NCBI RefSeq assembly: GCF_009914755.1
Contig: NC_060938.1
Reading direction: 5' to 3' (one strand)
Length of the DNA: 64,000 nucleotides
Origin: the human T2T-CHM13v2.0 reference genome, Homo sapiens
Part shown: positions 28,964 to 46,799 of the stretch, in pieces
How the letters are laid out: every line of letters begins with the position of its first letter
Position numbering within the stretch: position 1 is the stretch's first letter
Notes under the pieces: generated by a model
Database searches by the model: none
Seen by the model: only the letters and a program-made list of their open reading frames with translations
Told to the model about the DNA's origin: nothing
Made by a program: the position numbers and the translations under genes

Positions 28964-29988
28964 ATGGGGAGAAACCAGAGCAGAAAAGCTAAAAATTCTA
29001 AAAATCAGAGCGCCTCTTCTCCTCCAAAGGATCGCAGCTCCTTACCAGCAATGGAACAAAGCTGGACGGAAAGTGGCTTTGACGAGTTGACAGAAGTAGG
29101 CTTTAGAAGGTTGGTAATAACAAACTTCACTGAGCTAAAGGAGGATGTTCAAACCCATTGCAAAGAAGCTAAAAACCTTGAAAAAAGATTAGACAAATGG
29201 CTAACTAGAATAAACAGTGTAGAGAAGACCATTAATGACCGATGGAGCTGAAAACAATGGCACGAGAACTTCGTGACGCATGCACAAGCTTCAATAGCTG
29301 ATTCAATCAAGCAGAAGAAAGGATATTAGTGATTGAAGATCAAATTAATGAAATAAAGTGAGAAGACAAGGTTAGAGAAAAAAGAGTAAAAAGAAATGAA
29401 CAAAGCCTCCAAGAAATATGGGACTATGTGAAAAGACCAAATCTATGTCTGATTGGTGTACCTGAAAGTGATGGAGAGAATGGAACCAAGTTGGAAAACA
29501 CTCTTCAGGATATTATCCAGGAGAACTTCCCTAACCTAGCAAGGCAGGCCAACATTCAAATTCAGGAAATGCAGAGAACACCACAAAGATACTCCTCGAG
29601 AAGAGCAACCCCAAGACACATAATTGTCAGATTCACCAAGGTTGAAATGAAGGCAAAAGTGTTAAGGGCAGCCAGAGAGAAAGGTCAAGTTACCCTCAAA
29701 GGGAAGCCAATTAGACTAACAGCAGATCTCTCAGCAGAAACCCTACAAGCCAGAAGAGAGTAGGGGCCAATATTCAACATTCTTAAAGAAAAGAATTTTC
29801 AACCCAGAATTTCATATCCAGCCAAACTAAGCTTCATAAGTGAAGGAGAAATAAAATACTTTACAGACAAGCAAATGCTGAGAGATTTTGTCACCACCAT
29901 GCTTGCCTTTCAAGAGCTCCTGAAGGAAGCACTAAATATGGAAAGAAACAACCGGTACCAGCCACTGCAAAAACATGCCAAATTGTAA
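28964..29988 (+). pseudogene. L1 ORF1p remnant (frameshift and stops)
   Basis: MGRNQSRKAKNSKNQSASSPPKD...; KRPNLCLIGVPESDGENGTKLENTLQDIIQENFPNLARQ; in-frame TAG at 29761. Confidence 0.9.
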
Positions 29989-30051
29989 AGACCATTGATG
30001 CTATGAAGAAACTGCATCAATTAACACGCAACATAACCAGTGAACACCATA

Positions 30052-33870
<3,819 letters not shown>

Positions 33871-34639
33871 CAATGAGATAGATCACTTGGACACAGGGCA
33901 GGGAACATCACACACTGGGGCCTGTCGGTGGGGCGGGGGCCTGGGGGAGGGATAGCATTAGGAGAAATACCTAATGTAAATGATGAGTTGATGTGTGAAG
34001 TAAACCAGCATGGCACATGTATACCTATCTATCAAACCTGCACATTGTGCACATGAACCCTAGAACTTAAAGTATAATAAATAAATAAATAAATAAACAA
34101 ATAAATAAAAGATTATATACCACAAACAAGTGGGATTTATCCTACATATACAAGGCTGATTCTCAAAAAATAAATCAATGTAATACACCATATCAACAGG
34201 CTAAGGAGAAAAATCACATGATCATCTCAATTGAGGCAGAAAAGGCATTTGACAAAATATAACTCCCACTCATTTAATACAAACAAAAAAACCTCTTAGC
34301 AAACTAGGAATAGAGGAATACTTCCTCATCATGATAAAGAGTATCTATTAAAAAAAACCCTACAGTTAACATTATACTTCACAGTAAAAGACTGAATGTT
34401 TCCTTTAAGATCAGAAACAAGGCAAAGATGTCCACTTTTATCCTCTTATTCAACATAGTACTGAAGTTCTAGACACTGCGATGGGACAACAAAAAATACT
34501 AAAATCCATACAAATTGAAAATGAAGAGCAAAATCTGTTTTTATGTGCAATGATATGATTATCTGTGTAGAAAATTCCAGAGAATCTACAAAACTAAAAC
34601 AAAAACAGCTAGAGCTAAGAGGAGTTGCAGAAAACAAGA

Positions 34640-35080
34640 TGGTATAGTTTGAATGTTCGTCCCTGGCCAAATCTCATGTTAAATTGTAATCTCCAATGTT
34701 GGAGGTGAGGCCTAGTGGGAGGTGTTTGGATCATGGGAGTGGGTCCCTCATAAATGGCTTGGGCCAGCCTCTTGGTAATAAATGAGCACTCACTCTGAGC
34801 TCACCACCAATCAACAGAGATCTGGTATTTTTAAGGTGTGTGGCACCTCTCCCCTCCACTGCCTCCTGCCCTCTCTTGCTCCTGCTTTTGCCATGTGAAG
34901 TGCCTGCTGTAACTTCACCTTCCACAATGACTATAAGCTTCTTGAGGCCTCCCCAGAAGCTGATGCAGGAGCTGTGCATCCTATAGAGTCTGCAGAACTG
35001 TGAGCCAATTAAGCCTCTTTTATTTATAAATTACCAGCCTCCGGTATTTCTTTATAGCAATGCAAGAACTGTCTAATACA
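34640..35080 (+). mobile_element. MST (MSTB-like) solo LTR
   Basis: TG...CTAATACA termini; TSD CAAGA at 34635-34639 and 35081-35085. Confidence 0.88.
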
Positions 35081-35118
35081 CAAGATCAACACACAAATAT
35101 CAATCATATTTATACATG

Positions 35119-35641
35119 CAGTAGTTCCCCTTTTCCAGTTTTGCTTTCCATGGTTTCGGTTACTCATGGTCAATCACAGTCTTTAAGGATTAAATGTAAG
35201 ATTAGAGACATAAACAATCCATATGTTTTAAATCGTGCACCATTCTGAGTAGCATGATGAAATCTTGTGCCATCCTGCTCTGTCCCACCTGGGACGTGAC
35301 TTATCTGTTTGTCCAGCGTATCCACACTGTATATGCTACCCACCCATTAGTCACTTAGCAGCCATCTTGGTCATTAGATCAACTGTCCTGGTGTCACAGG
35401 GCTTGTGTTCAAGTAACCTTTATTTTACTTAATCACGATCCCAAATCATAAGAGTAGTAATTATGGCATATTGTTACAGTTGTTGTATTTTATGGTTAGT
35501 TGTTGTTAATGTTTTACTGTGCCTAACTTACAAATTAAACTTTACCATAGGTATGTATGTATAGAAAGAAGCATAGTATATATAGCGTTTGGTAATATCC
35601 ATAGTTTTAGATATCCCCTGGGGGTAAACGGGGAACTACCG
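35119..35641. mobile_element. MER44 (Tigger7-derived) non-autonomous DNA transposon
   Basis: TIRs CAGTAGTTCCCC / GGGGAACTACCG followed by TA; internal ATTCTGAGTAGCATGATGAAATCT. Confidence 0.8.
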
Positions 35642-37565
35642 TACTAACAATGAACATGTGGACACTAAAATTAAAAACCTAATGCTATCTGCAATTACTC
35701 CAAATAAAATTGAATGCTTACATATACACTTAACAAAATGGATGTAGAATCTGCATGCTGAAAATGACAAAATGCTGATTAAAGAAATAAAAGAAAACCT
35801 AAATAAATAGAGATATACCATGTTCGAGGATTACAAGACTCTATGCAATAAAGATCACAGTTACAGTTCTCCCAAATTGATTTAATGTAACTCCTATTAC
35901 AATTCCAGAAGGGATTTTCATAAACATAGAGAAGCTTATTCTAAAATTTATATAAAAAGGCACAGGCCCTAGAAACACTAAACCATCTTTTAAAAGAAGA
36001 ATACAACGGGAGGACTCACTCTACCCAATATTAAAGCCTACTGTATAGCAACAACAATCAGGACAGAGTGGTGTTGTTGTTAGAGGGATAGATACATACA
36101 TCAACAGAACAAAACAGAAAACATGGAAATAGACCCACACAAATATGCCCTAATGATTTTTTTGCAAAGGTGCAAAAGCAATACAAAGGAGTAAGGACAG
36201 CCTTTCCAAAAAAAGGCAAAAAATGACCTAAACCTCATGCCTTATACAAAAATTAACTCAAAATGTATCATAGACTTAAATGTAAAACATAAAACTATAT
36301 AACTTTTAGAAAAAAAGGAGAAAATCTTCAGAATCTAGAATTAGAGAAAGTTATTAGACTTGACAACATAATCCATAAAAGAAAAAAAGCATAATCCATA
36401 ACAGAAAAAATAGATACATTGACTCTTATCCAAATTAAAAACTTTTTCTCTGTGAAAGCCCTCGTTAAGAGGATGAAAAAAAGGCTACTGACTAAAAGAA
36501 AATATCTTCAAAGTACATATGCAAAAAGTACTATTATATAAAATATATAAAGTACTCTCAAAACTCAACATTAAAAACAATCTAATTAGAAAATGCACAA
36601 AAGATTGAACATGGGCATTTTATTGAAGAGGATATACAGATGGCAAATAAATACATGAAAAAATTTTCAGTATCATCAGCCATTGGAGAAATGCAAATTC
36701 AAACCATGAGATATCACTACACACCTATTATTAGAATGGCTAAAATTAAAAGGTGACAATCAGTGTAGATGAGGATTCAGAGAATCTGATCACTAATATA
36801 TTGCTGGTGAGAAAATGAAATGGTACAGTGACTCCGAAAAATATTTTGGCAGTTTCTTTAAAAAAGTAAAACATGAAACTACCATATGACAATGCGCAAC
36901 AAGTATTGAGCATTTGTCACAAAGAAATTAAAACATATTCACACAAACACTTGTAGACAAATGTTCATAGAAGCTTTATATGTAGTAACCAAAAACTGGA
37001 AATAACTCAGATGTCCTTCTATGGGTGAAGGATTAAACAAACTGTGGTACATCCATACAGTAAAATATTACTCAGCAACAAAGAACAACAAGCTGTTTAT
37101 ATGTTTATATGTAACAATTTGGATGAATCTCTAGGAAATTATGATGAGCAAAAAAAAAAAATCCAATCCCCAAAAATTACATGGTCTATGATTCCATTTA
37201 TATAACATTTTTGAAATTCAAAATTATGGAAATAAAGAACAGATTAATAGTTACTAGGGATCATGAAAATGTGGGATGAGGATGACTATAAAAGTTTCAT
37301 CTTTGTGGTGATGAAACTGTTTATTATCTTGACTGTATAGTACTATATCCATGTCAATATCATAGTTGTAATGTACAAAAGTTTTGCCCTATATTACCAT
37401 TGGGGAAAACTAGGCAAAGAATGCGTGGACTCTATTGTTTCTTAACAACTGCATGTGAATCTACAGTTATCTCAAAATACAAAAATTAATTTTAGAAATT
37501 TATATGCCTGCCGTTCCACTAATCCCAGGCCTAAGAATTTCTCCCATAGAAATAAAGCCATTAGA

Positions 37566-37845
37566 GGCCAGGCGCAGTGGATCATGCTTGTAGTCCCAGC
37601 ACTTTGGGAAGCCAAGGCAGGCAAATCGCTTGAGCTCAGGGCAACATAATGAAACCCCATGGCTACAAAAAATACAAAAAATTAGCCTGGTGTAGTTGCA
37701 TGTGCCTGTAGTCCCAGCTACTTGGGAAGCTGAGGCGGGAAGATTGCTTGAGCCAGGGAGGTTGAGACTGCAGTGAGCTGAGGTCATGTCACCGCAAAGG
37801 CCCTGTCTCAAAAAAACAAAAAAGAAAGAAAAAGAAAAAAAGAAA
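37566..37845 (+). mobile_element. AluJ with internal deletions
   Basis: GGCCAGGCGCAGTGG start and A-rich tail. Confidence 0.88.
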
Positions 37846-38168
37846 ACTATTAGAATATAAAAACATATAAACATTCACTGAATTTGTTTTTAGTGGCAAA
37901 ACCTGGAAATAAAGTGAATACCCAGCAATTTGACAGTGTTATAATAAATTATGGTAAATAATATTATGTGTCCATTAAAATAATAAATTAGAGCAATACT
38001 GTTGACTTAAAGGGATTTTTAAAAAGTTGAGTAAGTAAAACAAGATGAAGGAAGATGTGTGGAATGTGAGTCTCTTTTTATAAAGCAAAAAATGACAAAA
38101 CCACTATATATTTGCGAGTATATGTATGCATACATATGAATTTATATTCCTTTTCATAATTATATGAG

Positions 38169-38602
38169 TGATATAGTTTCCCTCCAAATCTCATGTTAGA
38201 ATGTAATCCCCAGTGTTGGAGGTGGGGCCTGGTGGGACGTTTTTGGTTCTTGGGGGTGGATCCCTCAAGGCTTGGTGCTGTCCTTGTGATAGTGAGTTCT
38301 CACATGATCTGGTTGTTTAAAAACCCTACAGTTAACATTATACTTCACGGTAAAAGACTGAATGTGTGTGTGGCACACACCCACACCCCTCTCTTTTGGT
38401 CCCTCTCTCACCATATGATGTGCCTGCTCCCTCTTAGCCTTCTGCCATGAGTCAAAGCTCCCTGAGGCCTCCCCAGAAGCCAAGCAGATGTCAGTGCCAG
38501 GTTACTACAGCTGCAGAACCGTGAGCCAATTAAACCTCTTTTCTTTATAAATGACTCTGCCTCGGGTATTTCTTTATAGCGATGCAAGAAAGGCCTAATA
38601 CA
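38169..38602 (+). mobile_element. MST (MSTB-like) solo LTR with a foreign ~45-bp insert
   Basis: TGATATAG...CCTAATACA; TSD ATGAG at 38164-38168 and 38603-38607. Confidence 0.88.
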
Positions 38603-39257
38603 ATGAGTATGGAAAAATATGGAAACATATATATTAGGTTGCTGATAGGGTTACCTGGGAATAAAGAGGTTTTGGGGACATCAATGCAGTAGAATAGGGA
38701 AGAACGGTAGTGCAAAGAAAATGAGGAAAATAAAAACAGATAGACTGAATTAAAATGTATACAATGTGATAAAAATTATGTATTTCTGTAAAATTACATG
38801 TCTGGTACTTTTTCTTATGTTTTCTAACACATTACTGGTGATATATATAAGTTATAGATTTTTTAGTTTGATTTATATCTGGCTTCTATACTAAAATATC
38901 TTATTAATTTTAATAGCTTTTCCATTGATTTTCTTGGGTACACAATTGAATATGTTGAAAATAAAATTTTGGATCCTACTTTCTAGTTTGTATGCTTGCT
39001 GTTTCTTTTATTTTGACACCTTTAATTACTTGAAACTTTAGCTTCCAAGAAAATATTAAATAATATTGGTTTTCTCATCCATCCGTGTTTTGTTTCTTTA
39101 ATATTCCTAGGGCTTACAATTAAATATAGTGTTAGTTACAAACTTAAAGTATTTTTTGGAGGAAAATATGTGTGTGTCCTTTTTATGAGGAAAATATGCT
39201 GAAAATTAGTGAGTGCCTTTGACATCTATCAACATAATACTTTTTAAAAGTTTCTTT

Positions 39258-39575
<318 letters not shown>

Positions 39576-39750
39576 CTATTAATATGATATATCATATGAA
39601 TAGGTTTATTAATATTAAACCATCATTGCATTTTAGAAAATAAATTCTCTATGGGTGGTGTTCATTTATTTAATGTAGTTCTGGGTTTAATTTTCTAATA
39701 TTTCATTTGAAAGTTATTCCAAATTCATTGGCGGATTATCTGTAGTTTCC

Positions 39751-42030
39751 TTTTTTAACTTTTATTTTATTTTATTTTTGTGGGTACATAGTAGGTGTAT
39801 GTATTTATGGGGTACATGAGATGTTTTGATACAGGCGTGCAATGTGAAATAAGCACACAATAAAGAATGGGGTATCCATTCTCTCAAGCATGTATCCATT
39901 GAGTTGAAAACAATTCAATTGCACTCTTTATTTTAAAATAAATTTAAAATTGACCATTTTATAGTCACCCTGTTGTCCTATCAAAAAGTAGGTCTTACTC
40001 GTGCTTTCTGACTATTTTTTTACCCATTAACCATCCCCACCTCCCCCACTAGCCCCCCACCAATCCTTCCCAGCCTCTGGTAACCATCCTTCTACTCTCT
40101 ATGCCCTTGAGTTCAATTGTTTTGATTTTTAGATCCCACAAATAAGTGAGAACATGAGATGTTTGTCTTTCTGTGCCTGGCTTATTTCACTTATTTCACC
40201 TCCAGTTCCATCCATGTTGTTGCAAATAACTGGATCTCATTCTTTTTTATGGCTGAATAGTACTCCATTGTGTATATGTAGCACATTTTCTTTATCCATT
40301 CATCTGGTGATGCACACTTAGGTTGCTTCCAAATCTTAGCTATTGTAAACAGTGCTGCAACAAACATGGGAGTACAGATATCTTTTCGATATACTGATTT
40401 CCTTTCTTTTGGGTATACACCCAGCAGTGGAATTGCTGGATCATACGGTAGCTCAATTTTTAGTTTTTTAAGGAATCTCCGAACTGTTCTCCATAGTGGT
40501 TGTGCTAATTTACATTCCCACCAACACTGTACAGGGTTCCCTTTTCTCCACATCCTCACCAGCATTTATTATTGCCTGTCTTTTGGATATAAGCCATTTT
40601 AACTGGGGTGAGATGATATCTCATTGCAATTTTGATTTGCATTTCTCTACTGATCAATGATGTTGAGCACCTTTTTATATGCCTGTTTGCCACTTGCATG
40701 TTTTCTTTTGAGAAATGTCTGTTCAGATCTTTTGCCCATCTTTTCATCAGATCATTATATTTTTTTCCTATAGAGTTGTTTGAGCTCCCTATTTATTCTG
40801 GTTATTAATCCCTTATCAGATAGGTAGTTTGCAAATATTTTCTCCCATTCTCTGGGTTGTCTCTTCACTTTGTTGATTGTATCCTTTACTTTGCAGAAGC
40901 TTTTTAACTTGATTTAATCCCACTCGTCCATTTTTGCTTTGGTTGCCTGTGCTTGTGGGGTATTGCTCAAGAAATTTTTGCCCAGGCCAGTGTCCTGAAG
41001 ATTTCCCGCCAGTGTCTTCTTGTAGTCGTTTTATGGTTTGAGTTTTTAGATTTCAGTCTTTAATCCATTTTGATTTGATATTTTGTATACAGCAAGAGAT
41101 AGGGGTCTAGTTTCATTCTTCTGCATATGGATATCCAGTTTTTCCAACACCATTTATTGAAGAGACTGTCTTTTCCCCAATGTATGTTCTTGGCACCTTT
41201 GTTGAAAATGAGTTCACTGTAGGTGTGTGGATTTGTTTCTTGGTTCTGTATTCTGTTCCATTGGTCTATGTGTCTGTTTTTATGCCAGTGCCATGCTGTT
41301 TCATTTACTACAGCTCTGTAGTATAATTTGAAGTCAGATAATATGATCCCTTTAGTTTTGCTCCTTTTGCTTAGGATAGCTTTGGCTATTCTTGGTCTTT
41401 TCTGGTTCCATATAAATTTTAGTATTGTTTTTTCTATTTCTGTAAAGAATGTATTTTTCTAGGGATTGCATCGAATCTGTAGATTGCTTTGAGTAGTATG
41501 AATATTTTAACAATATTGATTCTTCCAATCCATGAGCATGGAATATTTTTCCATTTCTTGGTGTCCTCTTCAATTTCTTTCATCAGTGTTTTATAGTTTT
41601 CATTGTAAAGATTTTTCACTTCTTTGGATAACTTAATTCCTAGGTATTTAATTTTATTTGTGGCTATTGTAAATGGGACTTTTAAAAATTGTTTTTCAGA
41701 TTGTTCACTGTTGGAATGTAGAAGGCTACTGAATTTTGTATGTTGATTTTGTATCCTGCAACTTTACTGAGTTTGTCAGTTCTGATAGTTTTTTGGTGGA
41801 ATCTTTAGATTTTCCAAATATAAGATCATATCATCTGAAAACCAGGATAATTTGACCTCTTCCTTTCCAATTTGGATGCCCTTTCTTTCTCTTGTCTGAT
41901 TGCTCTAGCTGGAACTTCCAGTACTATATTGAATAACAGTGGTGACAGTGGGCATCCTTGTGATGTTCCAGATCTTAGAGGAAAGGCTTTCAGTTTTTCT
42001 CCATTCAGTATGATACTAGCTGTGGGTCTG
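39751..42030 (-). mobile_element. 5'-truncated L1MA1/2-like element
   Basis: TTTGTGGGTACATAGTAGGTGTAT 3' end; minus-strand ORF2 peptides CWWECKL and [18 protein letters not shown]; TSD-like TCTGTAGTTTCCTTT / TCTGTAGCTTTCTTT. Confidence 0.88.
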
Positions 42031-44022
42031 TAGCTTTCTTTTGTGTACAATTTTTATCAAATGTTGGTATCAGAGTTATTAAAATGATCTGAAATTCTCT
42101 CATATATTTTTGTTTCTCAGCACAGCACATTTTTTCTATACTTCTCATAATTTAAAAAGCATATAAATTATTTCTTGAGAATTTGATGTGACAATCATTA
42201 AAATATCTAAGGCCTGGTACATTCCATAGAGGCAATTTTTAATAAACTTTTCAATTTGTTACACGGTTGTTCTCTTCTTGAGTCAATTTTTTATAATGTA
42301 CATTTTCCCAGAAAAGCATTCCTTCTATCAAAATAGCTCTATCAGATCTTCTCAGTTTCAAGAGAAGCCAGAAATTTTCATTACAGTAGTACTGCTTTTA
42401 TTAAAAATAATTTTAGACTTATATTAATGTTAACATCTTATGTAACCACAGCACAATTACCAAAGCCAAAAATTAACATTAAGAGATTATTAGCTAATTT
42501 GAAAAACCAATTGTCCTATTAATATACTTTTTTTCTGCAACAGGATCCAATTAGATCCCACATTGCTTTTAATTGTCTCCTTTGTCCTTGTTTTTTAGTG
42601 TTAACAAATAAGTTATAACACTGCCGGACTAACAAGACCTCAGACCTACAGTTTGCTACTTCTGGACAAGTAAGGCACAGCTAATGCTTATGTCTTGTGT
42701 ATTATCAGCAAAAGCTGTCCTGAAACTAAATGCAAGGCTGATGAGAGTTTAATAGAGTATAGAAAAGTGAGTATTCACTATACCTTTACTTTCTTTAATT
42801 TGCCAGAGGGATATTTCTTGCACTTAATGTATCATGTAGAAATCAATTTTTATTTTCTTATTCTGGTATTCTCTACATCTTGCATGGCCTAGCATATAGT
42901 ATATGTTGAGTATCTGTTGAATAAATGAGTAAATTCTGACAAAAAAGAAATGTTGGCCATTTGGGAAAAGTTTCTACTAGCAAGAATGTATGTGTGCTAT
43001 ATTTTTGTGCACACGTGATGTTTTTGTTTATTCATCATCTATTTTCCTTTCTTTTGGAATAGTAACCCAATTTTCCTTTTGGAAACGACTTTTCCCAACA
43101 CTATGCAGTCTTGCTGAAACCATCAGTCAAGGTGCCAAGAAATGAGCAAATGACTCAGATTAGACCAATAAAGTTTTCCTGGAATTTCAAGCCTTGAGCA
43201 GAATGATATTCTGCTCAATGAATGGCTGGAGCTGATTCATTCCATTGGCAGAACACTGAATGGACCTAGATTCTTGGAATTTTTCTGATTCCTATCCTTC
43301 CCATAGCTTAATTTGTTCAGCTTTTTCTTCTATTTTATAAGCTACTTCCATCCTTCCAATGAATGCTCACCTTACCGCCACTTGGTTTGGCTGTATTTAG
43401 TCAGTGTCAGTTTCTATTGCTTATAAAGAATGAAATTTAAGTATATATGAAAGGGGAAGTGGGAAGCCTATTTCTAGATTTTCTTCCCTAAATGAGTAGA
43501 AATTAGCAAAGAGGAAAGGTATGGTATATAAAATCCAAGTTCTCCCCTCTTCCATATGTAAGCTAATCACATGTCCTTCATAATATTACAGCTTATTTAA
43601 CATCCATATATCAACTATAGTATTATATAACAGCTATGGATATATCTATATTACATACAACATATATCAATATCATATAATTATGTTCTATATTATATAT
43701 ATTACATATATTAAATTTAACAATATAGCTCAATATAAAATAGTGATACAAGATATAGCAAATGATACTTTTTTCATGAAAAAAATTCAAGTAGATATTT
43801 CATCTTGGAAAACAATAATCAAGCATTTCTCAAGCTACTAGATTAACATTTACTGAAGTTAATATCACTTTTTAAACAGGTATATAATAATCTGAAAAAT
43901 ACATTATTTGACTTCCAAATCCTTGGTAATAGTGATCCACTATGTTCTAAAATGTCTTACCCTATAACAGTTTGCACAGTTGAATCATAATTTAAAAAAA
44001 AAAACATTTTGGAGGTACCTAG

Positions 44023-44586
<564 letters not shown>

Positions 44587-44719
44587 CAGGTCCTCTGTTG
44601 TCCAGGTGTTCTCTTCAAGATTCCATTTGACCATGCAGCCTTGGACAAATAGGACTGGGGTGGAACTTGCTGTGTTTATATTTAATCTCTTACCCTATAT
44701 GCGTAGTATTTGAGTTGCG

Positions 44720-44725
44720 AATAAA
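44720..44725 (+). terminator. Proximal polyadenylation signal of the RBM8A 3'UTR (bypassed by the copied mRNA)
   Basis: AATAAA 134 nt after the stop, followed by a T-rich stretch. Confidence 0.55.
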
Positions 44726-44845
44726 TGTTCCATTTTTGTTTTCTACATTTAATGTTACTTTCCTGTCCTAAAATTGAAAGTTCTAAAGCATAGCAAGGCT
44801 GTATGGATCATTGTGAAGATACTTCTAGGGACTGAACTCTATGTA

Positions 44846-45180
<335 letters not shown>

Positions 45181-45235
45181 TAAGATCTTATGGCACTAAA
45201 GACTTACTATTCTGTTCCTACATACTCTGTTAGGA

Positions 45236-45654
45236 TCAGATAGATGTTATAGAAATGCCTTTTGTTTCTCCTGCCCTTCTTGATGTCACAGTTTTTTGTA
45301 CTTCCAGCTGTCTAAAGGCATGAATCTCCTCTTGGAGCATTCTCCCAGACCCTTCTTTAGAAGAGTCTATACTAAGTTCTTGGTGCCCTCTTCGGCAGCC
45401 AAGGGTGAAGGCCCCATAGAGGAGAGGATCCAAAGGAGCATTGAGGAGGCCCAAGAGGAAAAGGATGTGGCTCAGGCTGGGAGGGACTTCAGTTAGCATG
45501 GTGGGGGAGAACCAGTACCACATACCCAGTAGGTAATAAGGTGTCCAGCAGAGGATGAAGGTCAGCAAGATAAGCAGGGCCAGTCTCAGGGCCCGGAGAC
45601 GAACACGGGGACAATTGTCAAAGGAGCGGGGGAGGGCAAATTCACCAGCAGGGG
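45236..45654 (-). pseudogene. GNRHR2P1: Type II GnRH receptor exon 3 (ICL3, TM6, TM7, C-tail)
   Basis: Acceptor TCCTAG at 45655-45660; reads PAGEFALPRSFDNCPRVRLRALRLALLILLTFILCWTPYY...NAPLDPLLYG...SITSI-stop. Confidence 0.93.
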
Positions 45655-46103
45655 CTAGGAATTTAGAAAATATACTGTAATTCAGACACTCAGCTTCTGA
45701 TCTGAGTATAGGGTGAATTGATGGAGGGGCATAGGTAGTGAGACAGAGCTCACCTCCTACAAGGAGGAGAATGTTGCAAACCGTTTTCCCCTTCCCAACC
45801 TGGGACTATATGATTTCTTACCCCCAGGGATTATGATAGAAATATGAAGCCACCAAGTCTAGACTTGATGGTGTTCAAGAATAAATAATACTCATTGCCT
45901 CCCTAGTCCTTGTCCAGCTAACTCAGCTGTTTATAATTGAAGGGATTCAACAAAATTATCTCTAGCATCAGGTGCTAGACATGGTTAGAATCTCACCATG
46001 GTTTAGTGACTGGTAGATAGCTATTAGGTAGGTAGATAAATAAATGATGCTAGAGGCAACAGGTCTAGGGTTAAGGATTAAGGCCTGGGAATTGGAGTCT
46101 CAC

Positions 46104-46314
46104 CATGGCTCCCCTTCCTTGTCTGGGGGCTGGACACACTGAGGACAATGCGGCTATAGCAGATGACCATGGCAGTCAGTGGCAGCAGAAAGAGGCAGCA
46201 GAAGGTGAAGAGGTTATAGGTGGTCTCTTGCCATTGAGCCTTGAAGCTGCCTTTGGTGACACACTGAGTGAAAGGGACTGGGCCAGCTCAGTGGACGGTG
46301 TGGAACAGGAACAG
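46104..46314 (-). pseudogene. GNRHR2P1: Type II GnRH receptor exon 2 (211 bp) with in-frame UGA
   Basis: Acceptor CTCCAG, donor GTGAGA; reads LFLFHTVH*AGPVPFTQCVTKGSF...YNLFTFCCLFLLPLTAMVICYSRI; TGA at 46290-46288; splices in frame to exon 3 across a 449-bp intron. Confidence 0.93.
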
Positions 46315-46793
46315 CTGGAGTGGAGTTGAGGACTATTAGAACTGGTTCCCCTCACCACCCAACCTACCTACCTATGTCATACTATCTCCTCCCAATTCAT
46401 CCTTAATTCCAAGTTAAGCAGCACAGTGCTGAGAAACAGTTCATCCATGGTGCCATGTTAAAGAAGTTGGAAATATATCTTGAAAATCCTATCTTCCTTT
46501 TAGGCTTGAATATGATGCTGAACAGTAAGTTTGTTAAATCTTGGAACTTAAAACAATCCTGCTTTCTCAAGTACTATTCTAACATTGTGCTTTATAAGGG
46601 ATGATATTTCTACCACCTCACTCATATTTTTAGCTGAAATGATTTTCCTGGTATGTCTGTTATTTTGTGGAAAAAGAAATATTGTGTAAAATGGGTGCTG
46701 CCAAAATTCCAGGCCATTTTGCAGTGACTCTGAAGTGACCTTTAGTAGTAATAGTCTTATGTGCAGTAACTATAATGGTAAAGAATATTAAAT

Positions 46794-46799
46794 AATAAA
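46794..46799 (+). terminator. Distal polyadenylation signal used by the retrotransposed mRNA
   Basis: AATAAA 20 nt upstream of the A-tail. Confidence 0.85.

Noticed and set aside
43600-43760. AT-rich TATA-like tract upstream of the retrocopy as its promoter
   Set aside because: Low-complexity degenerate (TA)n with no positional or CpG-island support.
45236-46314. Functional GnRH-II receptor gene, including selenocysteine read-through of the UGA
   Set aside because: Exon 1 (N-terminus to TM4) and the promoter are absent, and I could not identify a SECIS element.
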